Under the pieces are notes generated by a model. It did no database searches. It saw only the letters and a list, made by a program, of their open reading frames with translations, and was not told where the DNA came from. DNA of 64,000 nt from Nitrosopumilaceae archaeon (GTDB lineage: Archaea > Thermoproteota > Nitrososphaeria > Nitrososphaerales > Nitrosopumilaceae), in assembly GCA_052389415.1 (NCBI GenBank), contig JBQTHX010000030.1:1-64000 (forward strand), read 5' to 3'. Below are positions 1-10,176 of this stretch, piece by piece; within the stretch, counting starts at the first letter, position 1, and every line of letters begins with the position of its first letter. The translations under genes were made by a program, and so were the position numbers.

Positions 1-524
1 GTTTCTAAATCAGTAAAGAGTCCTTTGTAACTTAATTCATCTACATAGCTAGAACCGTGTAAAACAACAATTTCTCTTTTATCGCCTACCACATTAAGAT
101 GTCGTGCAAAGCTTACAAAAGGTGCAATACCAGTACCACCCCCAATGCAGACAATTCTTCGCTCATCTTTACTGCCATCGGGTAATCTTTGATTAATTGT
201 TAGGGCGTTTCCTGTTGGTTTTGTTAAATATACCTGCTCTCCTTCGCTTGCATAAAACAGCTGGGTTGTAACACGACCAGGCAAAGGCTTTCGAACCCAT
301 CTAACTACAAATTCAAAATACTTTCTGTTTTCAGGATGTGAGGCAATTGAATATGCTCTGCGAACAATCTTGTAATTTTCAGATACTATTGGAAGACCGA
401 TTGTAAGAAATTGACCTGATTCATAATCTGGCATAACGCCATCATTTGGAGATATACGAAAAATCATGAGATCTTCTTTGAGAAATTGAGTGTAAGTAAG
501 AGTTGATTTAATATCTTCTGGCAT
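1..524 (-). CDS. Ferredoxin-NADP+ reductase (FNR-like FAD/NAD(P)-binding oxidoreductase); 3' end lies outside the window
   Basis: Manual translation from ATG at 524: MPEDIKSTLTY...GQFLTIGL...RRAYSIAS (FAD-binding RxYS)...IGGGTGIAPF (NAD(P)-binding). Open to the window edge, so absent from the ORF track. Confidence 0.88.
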   Translation of the reverse strand, partial: MPEDIKSTLTYTQFLKEDLMIFRISPNDGVMPDYESGQFLTIGLPIVSENYKIVRRAYSIASHPENRKYFEFVVRWVRKPLPGRVTTQLFYASEGEQVYLTKPTGNALTINQRLPDGSKDERRIVCIGGGTGIAPFVSFARHLNVVGDKREIVVLHGSSYVDELSYKGLFTDLE

Positions 525-706
525 GCTTGAATAATTTGTTCTTAAATGGTTAAAAATCTTATGATGATTAATCATGAAAACATTTTCTAAATCAAGATCT
601 TTTCTAATAGCTTACACTAATTTTCATGTGTAGAATTTATGTTAAAATTACAATGTATAACGTATTATATAATCAGCTTTTCCGAACTAAAATTGGCGAA
701 AATTGT

Positions 707-807
707 GCCGGGATCGCCTAGCCTGGTAGGGCGCGCGCCTGGAAATTAATACAAACCATAAAGCGCGTACTCGCAAGGGTTCGAGAGTTCAAATCTCTCT
801 CCCGGCG
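707..807 (+). tRNA. tRNA-Ser(GGA) with ~17-nt intron at canonical position 37/38 (approx. 745..761)
   Basis: Acceptor stem GCCGGGA/TCCCGGC, discriminator G, anticodon stem CGCGC/GCGCG, anticodon GGA at 741-743, long variable arm, GTTCAAATC T-loop; extra ATTAATACAAACCATAA in the anticodon loop. Confidence 0.92.
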
Positions 808-852
808 CCTTTTTACATAATCCATTAAAAGATATTCTTCTAATTTCTTATT

Positions 853-2142
853 GTGACAAAATATGATATCGCAATAATAGGCGGTGGAATTCTTGGCACG
901 TCTATGTCATACTGGCTTTCCAGCCTTTATGATATGCGCGTTTGTGTGATTGATAAAGAATCAGATGTTGGAATGCATGCAAGCAGCCGCAATACTGGGG
1001 TTGTACATTCTCCATTTTATCTTGATCCAAAGAAAAAAAAGGTTCTTGCAAAATCTGCCTTTCTTTCATATGACCTATGGAAAACATTAGCGGAACAAAG
1101 AGAATTGCAATGGAAAAAGGTGGGAACACTTGAAGTGGCTATTGATGAAGATCAGCATAAAATTCTAGAAAAATACATGAGGTGGGGAGTTGACAATGGT
1201 ATTTCACAAAATGATCTTGAGTTACTAGATGGTGACCAGGTCATAAAAAAAGAACCAAATGTGATCTGTCATTCTGCTATTTTCTGTAATAGGGATGCTG
1301 TCGTTGATTACGGGAATTTCACTAGGCAATTAAAAAAAGAATCAGAAAATAATGGAAGCATTTTTCTATTAAATCATGAGGTTTCCTCGATTGAAGGTAG
1401 TCCTCAAATAAATTTTAAAAATAGTCCTAGCATTACAGCAAATCTGATAATTAATTGCGCAGGAGGCAATTCTTTAGATGTTGCAAAAATGTTTGGGTTG
1501 GCACAAGAATATTCTGACCTTCATTTTAGAGGAGAATATTGGATTGCTCAGAAAGATTACACAAATCTAGTAAGAACAAATATTTACTCAGTTGCAAAGT
1601 TCAAAGATTTTCCATTTCTAGATCCGCATTGGATTCTCAGAATTGATGGCAGAAGTGAAGTTGGACCAAACGCAGTGCCAGTTCCAAGTCCAGAAACATA
1701 TTCTGGATATATTGGAGATCCTGAAACTTTGATCTCAAAACTATCTGAAATAATTACAGGGAATGCAAAAAAATTGCTTTCCAATCCTGATTTCATATCT
1801 CTTATTTCCAAGGAATGGGTTAGTTCCATTTCTAAAACTGTGATGATCGATAGAGTAAAACAATTCATACCAAAAATAAAACCTTCATTTTTTTCAGAAC
1901 GTGGTACCACTGGAATACGAACTCCTATTATCACTCCAAATGGGGAATTTCAGCCAGATGTCATGGAATTAGGAAATGAAGTGTCTTTTCATATTTTGAA
2001 TTATAATTCACCTGGAGCAACAGGAGCACCGGCTTACTCTGCGTATATAGTACAAAAACTAAAAAATGGTGGATTTCTTGACTACAAGGAAAGAAAAAAG
2101 GATACAATTTGGAATTTTGAGAAAATTGTGAGCCAAACTTAA
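853..2142 (+). CDS. FAD-dependent oxidoreductase, L-2-hydroxyglutarate oxidase (LhgO)-like
   Basis: N-terminal IIGGGILG Rossmann motif, ASSRNTGVVH, FRGEY, C-terminal SPGAT. Confidence 0.8.
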   Translation: MTKYDIAIIGGGILGTSMSYWLSSLYDMRVCVIDKESDVGMHASSRNTGVVHSPFYLDPKKKKVLAKSAFLSYDLWKTLAEQRELQWKKVGTLEVAIDEDQHKILEKYMRWGVDNGISQNDLELLDGDQVIKKEPNVICHSAIFCNRDAVVDYGNFTRQLKKESENNGSIFLLNHEVSSIEGSPQINFKNSPSITANLIINCAGGNSLDVAKMFGLAQEYSDLHFRGEYWIAQKDYTNLVRTNIYSVAKFKDFPFLDPHWILRIDGRSEVGPNAVPVPSPETYSGYIGDPETLISKLSEIITGNAKKLLSNPDFISLISKEWVSSISKTVMIDRVKQFIPKIKPSFFSERGTTGIRTPIITPNGEFQPDVMELGNEVSFHILNYNSPGATGAPAYSAYIVQKLKNGGFLDYKERKKDTIWNFEKIVSQT

Positions 2143-2169
2143 TATTTTGTTCAACTACAAACATCCTGT

Positions 2170-2430
2170 TTGTTACCAGAACACTGTTCAATAAAAGAAA
2201 AAACTAAAGATTGCCCAATGCCACCCGAATTTGTAATATCGATTAAAATGAAAAACGAAGAATACATGGTTGGTGTTACATGCATTGGTCACAAAAGTAC
2301 CTTTGTTGAAAAATTAATCAACCTTCAAAAGACTGGCAAGGTTCCTGACGGTGCAATTAAACTTACAGAGCTAAAAGCTGTTGGCACAGATTGCATCCGA
2401 ATGGATCCTGATGATCTTATTCGATTTTAG
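2170..2430 (+). CDS. Small hypothetical protein
   Basis: 86-aa ORF (TTG start) filling the gap and converging on the next gene; Cys/His residues spaced like a possible metal site. Confidence 0.65.
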   Translation: MLPEHCSIKEKTKDCPMPPEFVISIKMKNEEYMVGVTCIGHKSTFVEKLINLQKTGKVPDGAIKLTELKAVGTDCIRMDPDDLIRF

Positions 2431-3407
2431 ATAGTAACCTTATATCTTGGCTTTTTACCCGATAGAGAAAGTATAATATTATCAACTGTGATTTCTGCCA
2501 TTTTTATTCGTGTTTCCTTTGCAGAACTACCAATGTGAGGAGTTAAAACCACATTGTTCATTCCAGCTAACGGATGGTTTTTACCCATTGGTTCTTTTTC
2601 AAAGAGATCCAAAGCAGCACCGGCAATGATTTTTTTCTTTAAAGCAAAAATTAGATCTTTTTCGTTCACTATCTTTCCTCTAGAGGTATTTATCAAAAAC
2701 GCGGTTGATTTCATTCTTTTTAATAAGCCTAAATTTACAATCTTGTAAGTATCTTTGGTATAAGGAGTATGAATGGTTATGATGTCACTTTCTTCAAATA
2801 ATCTATTAAGAGAAACATATTTTATTCCAAGAGATTTTTCTTTCGTCTTCGATAGTCTATGTCTGTTGTGATATAGAATTTTCATCTCAAAACCCCTGGA
2901 TCTTTTTGCTACTGCTCTACCAATACGACCCAATCCAAAAATTCCAAGAGTTTTTCCATAAAGATCAGTTCCAAGAAAATCATCAGGGCCAAAAATACTA
3001 TTCCATTTTTTTTGGCGAATGATTCTATCTCCCTCTGTTACTCGTCGCAGGAGAGCAAGAATTAAGGCTAAAGTAAGATCTGCTGTAGCTCGTGTTAATA
3101 CCTCTGGAGTATAACTTACTATGATTCCTTTCTTTATCGCATGTCTGACGTCTATTTGATCATATCCTACACTGTAGGTGCTAATTGCCTTGAGATTTTT
3201 TGCCACATCGATTATGTCAGAATCTATCGTATCATATGGAAAGCAGATAAGCCCATCTTTGTCCCTTATTTTCGATAGTAGATCTTTTTTTGACATAGGG
3301 ATTTTTCCCCGATTGATTTCAACATTATATCGTTTTCTTAGTTCTTTGACTGCAAAATCATGTAATTTTCTTGTGAGTAATACCTTCATCTTCGTATTTC
3401 TCATCAA
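2427..3407 (-). CDS. D-2-hydroxyacid dehydrogenase (glyoxylate reductase/D-glycerate dehydrogenase family)
   Basis: GIFGLGRIG, LINTSRG, AALDLFEKEP, LTPHIGS motifs. Confidence 0.9.
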   Translation of the reverse strand: MMRNTKMKVLLTRKLHDFAVKELRKRYNVEINRGKIPMSKKDLLSKIRDKDGLICFPYDTIDSDIIDVAKNLKAISTYSVGYDQIDVRHAIKKGIIVSYTPEVLTRATADLTLALILALLRRVTEGDRIIRQKKWNSIFGPDDFLGTDLYGKTLGIFGLGRIGRAVAKRSRGFEMKILYHNRHRLSKTKEKSLGIKYVSLNRLFEESDIITIHTPYTKDTYKIVNLGLLKRMKSTAFLINTSRGKIVNEKDLIFALKKKIIAGAALDLFEKEPMGKNHPLAGMNNVVLTPHIGSSAKETRIKMAEITVDNIILSLSGKKPRYKVTI

Positions 3408-3481
3408 TAAACCAGTTTAAATTTGATACATACTCAAGGATAAAAGATGTTTTAAGACGCTATCACATATGATAGAACGAT

Positions 3482-4432
3482 ATGGAAATAATGGGAAGAG
3501 GTTTCAGGCAAATTATCCAAGAAACGCCATGTTATTTTCATCTCCTCTTAAAATATGGATCTTACAAACTATTAAACAAGAAAAGCCCCATTTACGGATC
3601 TGCAGATATAATCAATGTATGTAATTTACATTGTTCACATTGTTATTGGTGGCTCAATAGAAAAGAAAATGAAGAGCTTACAGTGCAACAATGGAAACAA
3701 ATCATTGAAAACAAGTTCAAAAAAAATCATGTATTTATTATTACGCTAGTTGGGGGAGAACCTACCATGAGACCTGATGTAGTAGAATTATTTATCAAAG
3801 AATTTCCAAAACGAATCTGTCTTGTTACAAATGGAACATTTCCGCTTAAAAAATATGATGATATTTATTTTTACTGGATCTCTATTGATGGAACAGAAGA
3901 AATTCATGATAATATACGTGGTCAAGGGGCTTATGCAAAGACAAGAAAAAACGTTATAGATTATGTAGAAAATAACGGCGGAAAAGCCTGGAAAGACATC
4001 TGGATCACCATGACGATAAATTCACTCAACTACAAAACCGTCAAAGATGTTGCAAACGAGTGGTACGATTATTCAAACAAGATTGGCTTTCAATTTCATA
4101 CTCCTTTTACCAAGGGAGATCCTCTATGGTTACCTTTTGGTGCAGAAAGAACAAAAGTCGTAGATGAAATCATTTCAATGAAAAAACAATATGATGATGA
4201 CTATGTCATAAACCCTACAAGCCAGCTTGAATTGATGAAAAAAAATTGGGGTGGGAATGGCACTACTCCGGTAGATTGTCCTACATGGGCAATACTGTCA
4301 GTAGATCATTTGGGACGTGAGAAAAGACCTTGTTGTATTGGCAGCGCTGATAATGATTCTATGAAACCAATTTGTGAGGATTGTGGTCTTGGCTGTTATT
4401 CCGTTCTTGTTGGATATGGAATAAGGGGTTAA
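3482..4432 (+). CDS. Radical SAM protein with C-terminal Cys-rich (twitch/SPASM-like) extension
   Basis: CNLHCSHC (CxxxCxxC), GGEP, TNG, SIDG; C-terminal C...PCC...CEDCGLGC. Confidence 0.88.
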   Translation: MEIMGRGFRQIIQETPCYFHLLLKYGSYKLLNKKSPIYGSADIINVCNLHCSHCYWWLNRKENEELTVQQWKQIIENKFKKNHVFIITLVGGEPTMRPDVVELFIKEFPKRICLVTNGTFPLKKYDDIYFYWISIDGTEEIHDNIRGQGAYAKTRKNVIDYVENNGGKAWKDIWITMTINSLNYKTVKDVANEWYDYSNKIGFQFHTPFTKGDPLWLPFGAERTKVVDEIISMKKQYDDDYVINPTSQLELMKKNWGGNGTTPVDCPTWAILSVDHLGREKRPCCIGSADNDSMKPICEDCGLGCYSVLVGYGIRG

Positions 4433-4497
4433 ACTAAATCGATTTCATAAAATTTTTTTAAAAAGCATTTATAATATTTTATTGTAGTATCCTTGTC

Positions 4498-4632
4498 TTG
4501 GATGAGGAGGAAGAATTTGCGTTATGTGTCCAATGTGGAAACGCTTTAGAGAAATGTGTTTGTGTTTGTCCATTTTGTGGTGAACGCGATAAATGTGAAT
4601 GTGCACTTTTTGATGCAGCAACGGGCGGTTAA
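4498..4632 (+). CDS. 44-aa Cys-rich microprotein ending in Gly-Gly (not in ORF track)
   Basis: TTG start; MDEEEEFALCVQCGNALEKCVCVCPFCGERDKCECALFDAATGG*; 8 Cys; TATA-like TTTATAAT ~23 nt upstream. Confidence 0.7.
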   Translation: MDEEEEFALCVQCGNALEKCVCVCPFCGERDKCECALFDAATGG

Positions 4633-4674
4633 TTATTTCGTACCATTAATATCTGATAAAAAACAAGACCAGCT

Positions 4675-6588
4675 GTGCAATCAATTGATATAACTTGGGT
4701 TATAGGTGGACCACAAGGAAGTGGCGTTGAATCAGCGGCCAACATTTTTTCCCGTTCATGTGCCAAAGCAGGATTGCATATATTTGGCAAAAGAGAATTT
4801 TATTCTAATATTAAAGGAGAACATAGCTATTTTGCAGTAAGAGTTTCTGATAAGAAAATTTATTCAAATGTAAAAGGCATAACCTTGCTTGTCGCGTTTG
4901 ATGCTGAAACCTTGTTTAGACATGCAGACGATGTTTATAATGATGGTGCGATAATCTGCGACTCGGAACTTGCGCAAATCAAAATTGATGATGTCCCCAC
5001 ACTAGATTCACCATTCAAATCTAGATTGATACAACATCTTTCATCAAAAAAAAGAGAGCTTTCGGTTGAAAGTCTGTTAGATATCTGTAAAGAAAGGGGA
5101 GTAACAATTCATCTAGTTTCTTTTAAAAATATTCTAGCTAGTCTGGCAGAAGAGATTCAGAATCCCGATGTGAAAAATATGTATAGAATGCTAAATGTGA
5201 TGGCAGTATCTGTCTCACTTGGATTCTTAGGGCTTTCTTCTCAACCACTTTTAGAGTCAGTCATGACAGTATTTTCGGCCAAACCAAAAATTGCAGAGCT
5301 TAATAAACAAGCGGCAAATTATGGCTATAATTTTGCTACAGTCAAGTTTCCAAAACTCAAATATTGCTTTCCAACCGTATCAAAAGAACCAAACATTATC
5401 ATAATTCAAGGCCATCAAGCGTCGGGACTTGGCAAGATGGCATGTGGCTGTAGGTTTCAATCCTACTATCCTATTACACCTGCATCTGACGAAAGCATGT
5501 TTCTAGAGTCAAATGAAGTTTTTGACGTAAAGGACAATAGACCTGGATCCACTATTGTAGTCCAAACTGAAGACGAGATTTCTGCGCTTGGTATGGTAAT
5601 TGGTTCAGCCCTAACAGGTACACGATCTTCAACAAGCACCTCTGGACCAGGATTTTCTCTTATGGCCGAGGCACTTGGTTGGGCTGGAATCAATGAAGTT
5701 CCAATTGTAATCACACTCTATCAAAGAAGTGGACCATCAACTGGTTTGCCAACAAGACATGGACAAGATGATCTAATGTTTGCAATTCATGCTGGGCATG
5801 GAGACTTTCCAAGAATAGTCTACGCATCAGGTGATGTTGAAGAGATCTTCTATGATGTAGCTAAATGCTTCAATTTTGCTGAGTACTTTCAAATGCCAAT
5901 AATACACATGTTAGATAAATTTCTCACAAGCACAATAACTACATGTAAAAAGTTTGATCAAAATTTAATAACAATAGATAGAGGTAAGTTGCTTGAAAAA
6001 GTTGAAGAACAAGGTTACAAAAGATTTGCCTTTGTAAAAGACAATATCTCACCAAGATCAAAACTAGGATTAGAAAATGGCATTTTCTGGAACACCGGCG
6101 ATGAGAGTGATGAATATGGTCATATTTCTGAAGACCCAGTAGTTAGAGTTCAGAAAATGAATAAAAGGGCTTCAAAACTTGATCTTGTCTTAAATTTAAT
6201 TCCAAAGGAAGACCAAGCGATAAGTCATGGATTATCAGAATTTTGTGTATTAAGTTGGGGTTCAACAAAAGGTCCAATCTTGGACGCAATTGATATGCTT
6301 AAATTGGAAGGACAAGACGTTGGATTTATTCAATTAAAGTTGTTACACCCATTCCCTACAGAACACATAAAATCGCTTCTCAAGAATGTAAGGGTCATCA
6401 TTGATATCGAATCAAATCAGTCAGGCCAACTTGGTTCATTGATAAATGAACATTTGGACCAAAAAGTCAATTATCATATTCTGAAATATACTGGTAGGCC
6501 TATGACCAGCACAGAAATCTATGATTCCATTAAGAAAATTCTTCAAAATAAGGCAGAAAAAATACAGGTGTTGACATATGGAGCCTAA
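4675..6588 (+). CDS. korA: 2-oxoacid:ferredoxin oxidoreductase, alpha(+gamma) subunit
   Basis: GGPQGSGV gamma domain, [26 protein letters not shown] motifs. Confidence 0.92.
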   Translation: MQSIDITWVIGGPQGSGVESAANIFSRSCAKAGLHIFGKREFYSNIKGEHSYFAVRVSDKKIYSNVKGITLLVAFDAETLFRHADDVYNDGAIICDSELAQIKIDDVPTLDSPFKSRLIQHLSSKKRELSVESLLDICKERGVTIHLVSFKNILASLAEEIQNPDVKNMYRMLNVMAVSVSLGFLGLSSQPLLESVMTVFSAKPKIAELNKQAANYGYNFATVKFPKLKYCFPTVSKEPNIIIIQGHQASGLGKMACGCRFQSYYPITPASDESMFLESNEVFDVKDNRPGSTIVVQTEDEISALGMVIGSALTGTRSSTSTSGPGFSLMAEALGWAGINEVPIVITLYQRSGPSTGLPTRHGQDDLMFAIHAGHGDFPRIVYASGDVEEIFYDVAKCFNFAEYFQMPIIHMLDKFLTSTITTCKKFDQNLITIDRGKLLEKVEEQGYKRFAFVKDNISPRSKLGLENGIFWNTGDESDEYGHISEDPVVRVQKMNKRASKLDLVLNLIPKEDQAISHGLSEFCVLSWGSTKGPILDAIDMLKLEGQDVGFIQLKLLHPFPTEHIKSLLKNVRVIIDIESNQSGQLGSLINEHLDQKVNYHILKYTGRPMTSTEIYDSIKKILQNKAEKIQVLTYGA

Positions 6589-7543
6589 ATTAGCAGATTA
6601 CAAAACAGAAGTCCACAATGATTGGTGTCCAGGATGTGGAGACTTTGGAATTGTCAATGCTATTCAAATGGCATTGACAGAAATGAAAATTCCGCGGCAC
6701 AAAGCAGCTATATTTTCTGGAATAGGTTGTTCAGGAAAAACCTCTCATTTTGTGAATGTGTTTGGAGTACACACTCTTCATGGAAGAGTTTTGACGTTTG
6801 CGCAAGGTGCAAAGCTTGCAAACCCTGACATGACAATTATTGCCGCAGGTGGAGATGGGGATGGATTGGGAATAGGAGCAGGACATTTTGTAGCAGCAGG
6901 TAGAAGAAATGTTGACATGACATACATTATTTTTAATAATGCAGTGTATGGTCTTACAAAAGGACAGGCATCTCCAACTCTTCATTTAGGACAAAAGACA
7001 AAATCATTGCCCAATCCAAACGTAAACCAAGCAGTAAATCCAATAGCGTTGGCAATTGCAAGCGGTTTTACTTTTGTGGGTAGGGGATATGCATATGATG
7101 TAAGACAGCTAAAAGAACTAATTGTAAGAGCAATTAAACACAGAGGACTTGCCTTCTTAGATGTATTGCAACCCTGTCCAACATACAATGATATCAATAC
7201 AAGAGATTGGTTTGCAGGATTGGATAACATTGATGAAAATACACAAAAATCAAAGCCAAGAATCTATAAACTTGAAGATAGTGGCTACGATCCTATTGTC
7301 CATTATGAATCTGAAAGTGAGGTAAATGAAAAACTAACTCAAGCCCTTATCAAGTCAAATGAGTGGGATTCAAGAATCCCTACAGGTGTATTCTACCAAA
7401 ATGAGCTTGTTGCTCCGTACGAAGAACGTATAGCAGATAGGATACCAAATTATCTTGAAAATCCTCCTGCCAGTCAACAAATCTCAGCTAACGGAAAATC
7501 AATAACTGATATTTCAAAGATCTTAAACTCACTTGAAATCTAA
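6578..7543 (+). CDS. korB: 2-oxoacid:ferredoxin oxidoreductase, beta subunit
   Basis: WCPGCG, GIGCS, HTLHGR, GGDGD TPP motif, [18 protein letters not shown]. Confidence 0.93.
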   Translation: MEPKLADYKTEVHNDWCPGCGDFGIVNAIQMALTEMKIPRHKAAIFSGIGCSGKTSHFVNVFGVHTLHGRVLTFAQGAKLANPDMTIIAAGGDGDGLGIGAGHFVAAGRRNVDMTYIIFNNAVYGLTKGQASPTLHLGQKTKSLPNPNVNQAVNPIALAIASGFTFVGRGYAYDVRQLKELIVRAIKHRGLAFLDVLQPCPTYNDINTRDWFAGLDNIDENTQKSKPRIYKLEDSGYDPIVHYESESEVNEKLTQALIKSNEWDSRIPTGVFYQNELVAPYEERIADRIPNYLENPPASQQISANGKSITDISKILNSLEI

Positions 7544-7734
7544 ATTAATTATTTTTTGACCTAGTTCAAAGAATGAAAAGTTCTCCTATTGGATACATGA
7601 AAAATCAAACTTTCCTGGTTTGAATGACCTACTGTCACACAAAAATAACCTCTCTAAGGAATGAATAGAAAGACTTCGAAATCAACCGTTATAAAATAAG
7701 TTATTAGCAGGTTGAGAGGGAGAATAATTTAACC

Positions 7735-8169
7735 TTGAATATTTCAGAAGCAAATAAAATCTTCCGCAAATCCATAATCAAAGGTTACTTTGAATCACGT
7801 CTTTTGAATCTTGACTTTAAAAAATCTAACATAAAGCATCCATCAATACAAGATGATGGTCTTATGCAAACTAACCTTCTGCATCTTTTCTTTGATATTG
7901 AAACAGGAAGTGATTATCCTGATGGTGATGAGTGGTTTATGGCAGAATTTATTTTTCCTTACAATTTAAAAATTCCTGACAGTATCAAGGGCCCTGATTA
8001 TTTTAGCACAATTTCAGTAGGGGATGGAAAAAATTATTGGCGACACAGGGAACTAATTAGATACAAATACGGTAAATCAAAAAAACTTGAAGAATCACTT
8101 GATTTTCTTGAAAAAAAATACAAAGAATTGAATTCCTTGTTGGAACCACTGCAAAAAGATATCAAGTAG
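7735..8169 (+). CDS. Hypothetical protein
   Basis: 144-aa ORF with protein-like composition; converges on the next gene. Confidence 0.65.
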   Translation: MNISEANKIFRKSIIKGYFESRLLNLDFKKSNIKHPSIQDDGLMQTNLLHLFFDIETGSDYPDGDEWFMAEFIFPYNLKIPDSIKGPDYFSTISVGDGKNYWRHRELIRYKYGKSKKLEESLDFLEKKYKELNSLLEPLQKDIK

Positions 8170-8695
8170 CGAGTTTCCATTCATTTTCTATTATGATATA
8201 TTTTTTATCATTAGAAAATGCTGTATCTAGTTGCCATCTCTTAATAGATTTATCAAATGTGTAAACTACGTCCGTAATGTTTTGTGGGATCTTTTGTGGA
8301 TCTAGTTGGTATTGCAATAATTCTAAAATAAAATCAATTTTTTCTATTGCTGCATTAAACAATTGATGTTCCTCAAGATCCACTATGAATTTTATTTTTG
8401 GTTTTCCGGAAAAATTCATGTAAATTTTAGTATTTTTGCCTCTTCCTCTACGTCTCTTCATCTCCTTCAATATTCCTTTGACTTTATCCCATCTAGTAAA
8501 ACCAAACCATTTAAAAAATTCATCACTGAATTCTAATGGAAAATTGAGATCCATAGTTGTAGAATAACCTTCATCCGGTTCAGTCTCAAATTGTTCCACC
8601 ACGAACATGTCATTTAATAATCCATATAGAACTTCTAGTTCCCAAGGGGAAACTCCATTATATCTTAATGATACTATAAGGGAACCCTGAGCCAA
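8162..8695 (-). CDS. Hypothetical protein
   Basis: 177-aa ORF in a run of minus-strand genes. Confidence 0.7.
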   Translation of the reverse strand: MAQGSLIVSLRYNGVSPWELEVLYGLLNDMFVVEQFETEPDEGYSTTMDLNFPLEFSDEFFKWFGFTRWDKVKGILKEMKRRRGRGKNTKIYMNFSGKPKIKFIVDLEEHQLFNAAIEKIDFILELLQYQLDPQKIPQNITDVVYTFDKSIKRWQLDTAFSNDKKYIIIENEWKLAT

Positions 8696-8729
8696 TATTG
8701 CAAGTAGTAAAAAAATCTAATTAAAGGTT

Positions 8730-9284
8730 CTAAATTGTCTGTAAATATTTCCAGAGATAAAATATGCCTATAGTCCCTATGAAAAATACCATAGGTTTCC
8801 AGGCAAATACAGGGAATTTTGGAGTCGTAAGTTGCACTTTATAATTATCAAGGACAGTGTGAACATATTTCTTGATTCTTTCATTCCAGATCTTGTATTC
8901 TATTTGGTGTTTTTTTAGAAGAGCCTCAATTTCATAAAAAACAGGAGTTCTTTGACAGAAAAGATGCTGTAGATAATCTCTTGAGACTTCAACTTCAGCT
9001 TGTATCGCAATGAGTTCCTTTTTTACCTCTAATAATCTCACATGCAACTCCCAAGGTTTTTTTAATTTTAAACTAAGGCCACTTCCAATTTGAAAGGGAA
9101 TTTTGTGTTCAAACTTTACATGAGTAAAACCTTCTTTTGAAAAGATTCTTAAAAGTTCTTCAACGTTTTTTCGTACCACTATAGTAAGTTGTTCTACTCC
9201 GCTCTTATGATCCACCTTGATTTTATGACGCATCCCATCAAAAAGAGAGATAGTCTTTGGGTATCTAGTAAGAAATTCTACCAT
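8730..9284 (-). CDS. Hypothetical protein with C-terminal membrane anchor
   Basis: 184-aa ORF ending in hydrophobic helix PMVFFIGTIGIFYLW. Confidence 0.72.
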   Translation of the reverse strand: MVEFLTRYPKTISLFDGMRHKIKVDHKSGVEQLTIVVRKNVEELLRIFSKEGFTHVKFEHKIPFQIGSGLSLKLKKPWELHVRLLEVKKELIAIQAEVEVSRDYLQHLFCQRTPVFYEIEALLKKHQIEYKIWNERIKKYVHTVLDNYKVQLTTPKFPVFAWKPMVFFIGTIGIFYLWKYLQTI

Positions 9285-9326
9285 AGCTTGCGGTCTAGTT
9301 TTCCTATATTAAAACTATAGGTGTGT

Positions 9327-10100
9327 TTATTTTGTCTTTAATCCACGCATGTATACGCATTGTTCATGAGAGATAACCATCTCATATTGATTCATCTTTC
9401 TACCAGTCAATTTTACATCAGCGTTTTTTATCACTACTATGGGAGTACTTTCTGAACTTTCACCCATCTTTAGATTTGCTATTGATGCAAGATTATCTGC
9501 TACAGCTTGAAAAGTAACTTTCATCGGGTTCCCAACTAGATCCTTCTGACCACGAATATCCAAAACAGGTTCCATGCCAGAGCAAGCAATTGCAATACCA
9601 GTTGTTCCAACTCTTGCAGGCATCAATCTACTATCTATTATCAAAATACCAATATGCACGTAAAACCTTAGGAAAAATTTTCGGCGGAGTTGTTCAGCAA
9701 TCTGATAAGCTTCAACAGGGTAAAGAATGATTTTACCATTTGGTGCATTTGATCTATCGATCCCAGCATTTGGAGCTAGAATGTTATCAGATGATGTAAT
9801 CACAAATCCAGGAACTCCTCCAAAAATAATATCTGATTCTCTCAAAATGATCTCAGCTATTTCAGGCGAGAGATGAAATTTTGTCGCAAGCATTCTTGAT
9901 TCATTAGATGGGATTATCTTATCATATTCAACTAGTCTTCCTTGAGAATTTGCAACATATTTGCTTGAAATGATAACTATATCACCATTTTCTAATTTGA
10001 TCTTTGATTTTTGCAACAAATCCACTAAGGTCTCAAAAAGATCAAAATCATGTACTTTAAAATCTGACTTTATAGTTTGTATGGAAATAGTCATGATCAC
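9327..10100 (-). CDS. cofE: Coenzyme F420-0:L-glutamate ligase
   Basis: GDIVIISSK, ILRES, PNAGIDRSN, DSRLMPAR, ADNLAS, MGESSESTP motifs. Confidence 0.87.
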   Translation of the reverse strand: MIMTISIQTIKSDFKVHDFDLFETLVDLLQKSKIKLENGDIVIISSKYVANSQGRLVEYDKIIPSNESRMLATKFHLSPEIAEIILRESDIIFGGVPGFVITSSDNILAPNAGIDRSNAPNGKIILYPVEAYQIAEQLRRKFFLRFYVHIGILIIDSRLMPARVGTTGIAIACSGMEPVLDIRGQKDLVGNPMKVTFQAVADNLASIANLKMGESSESTPIVVIKNADVKLTGRKMNQYEMVISHEQCVYMRGLKTK

Positions 10101-10176
10101 ATTGTCTTTCTAGGGCTTTTTAGGTTTCCTCTCCAAACCTTTTAATTTCAAAAAATCCCAATTTTCTACATCTAGA

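Noticed and set aside
7544-7734. Intergenic region after korB with a short TCAAAC/GTTTGA inverted repeat
   Set aside because: 6-bp arms only; no recognisable ncRNA or ORF.
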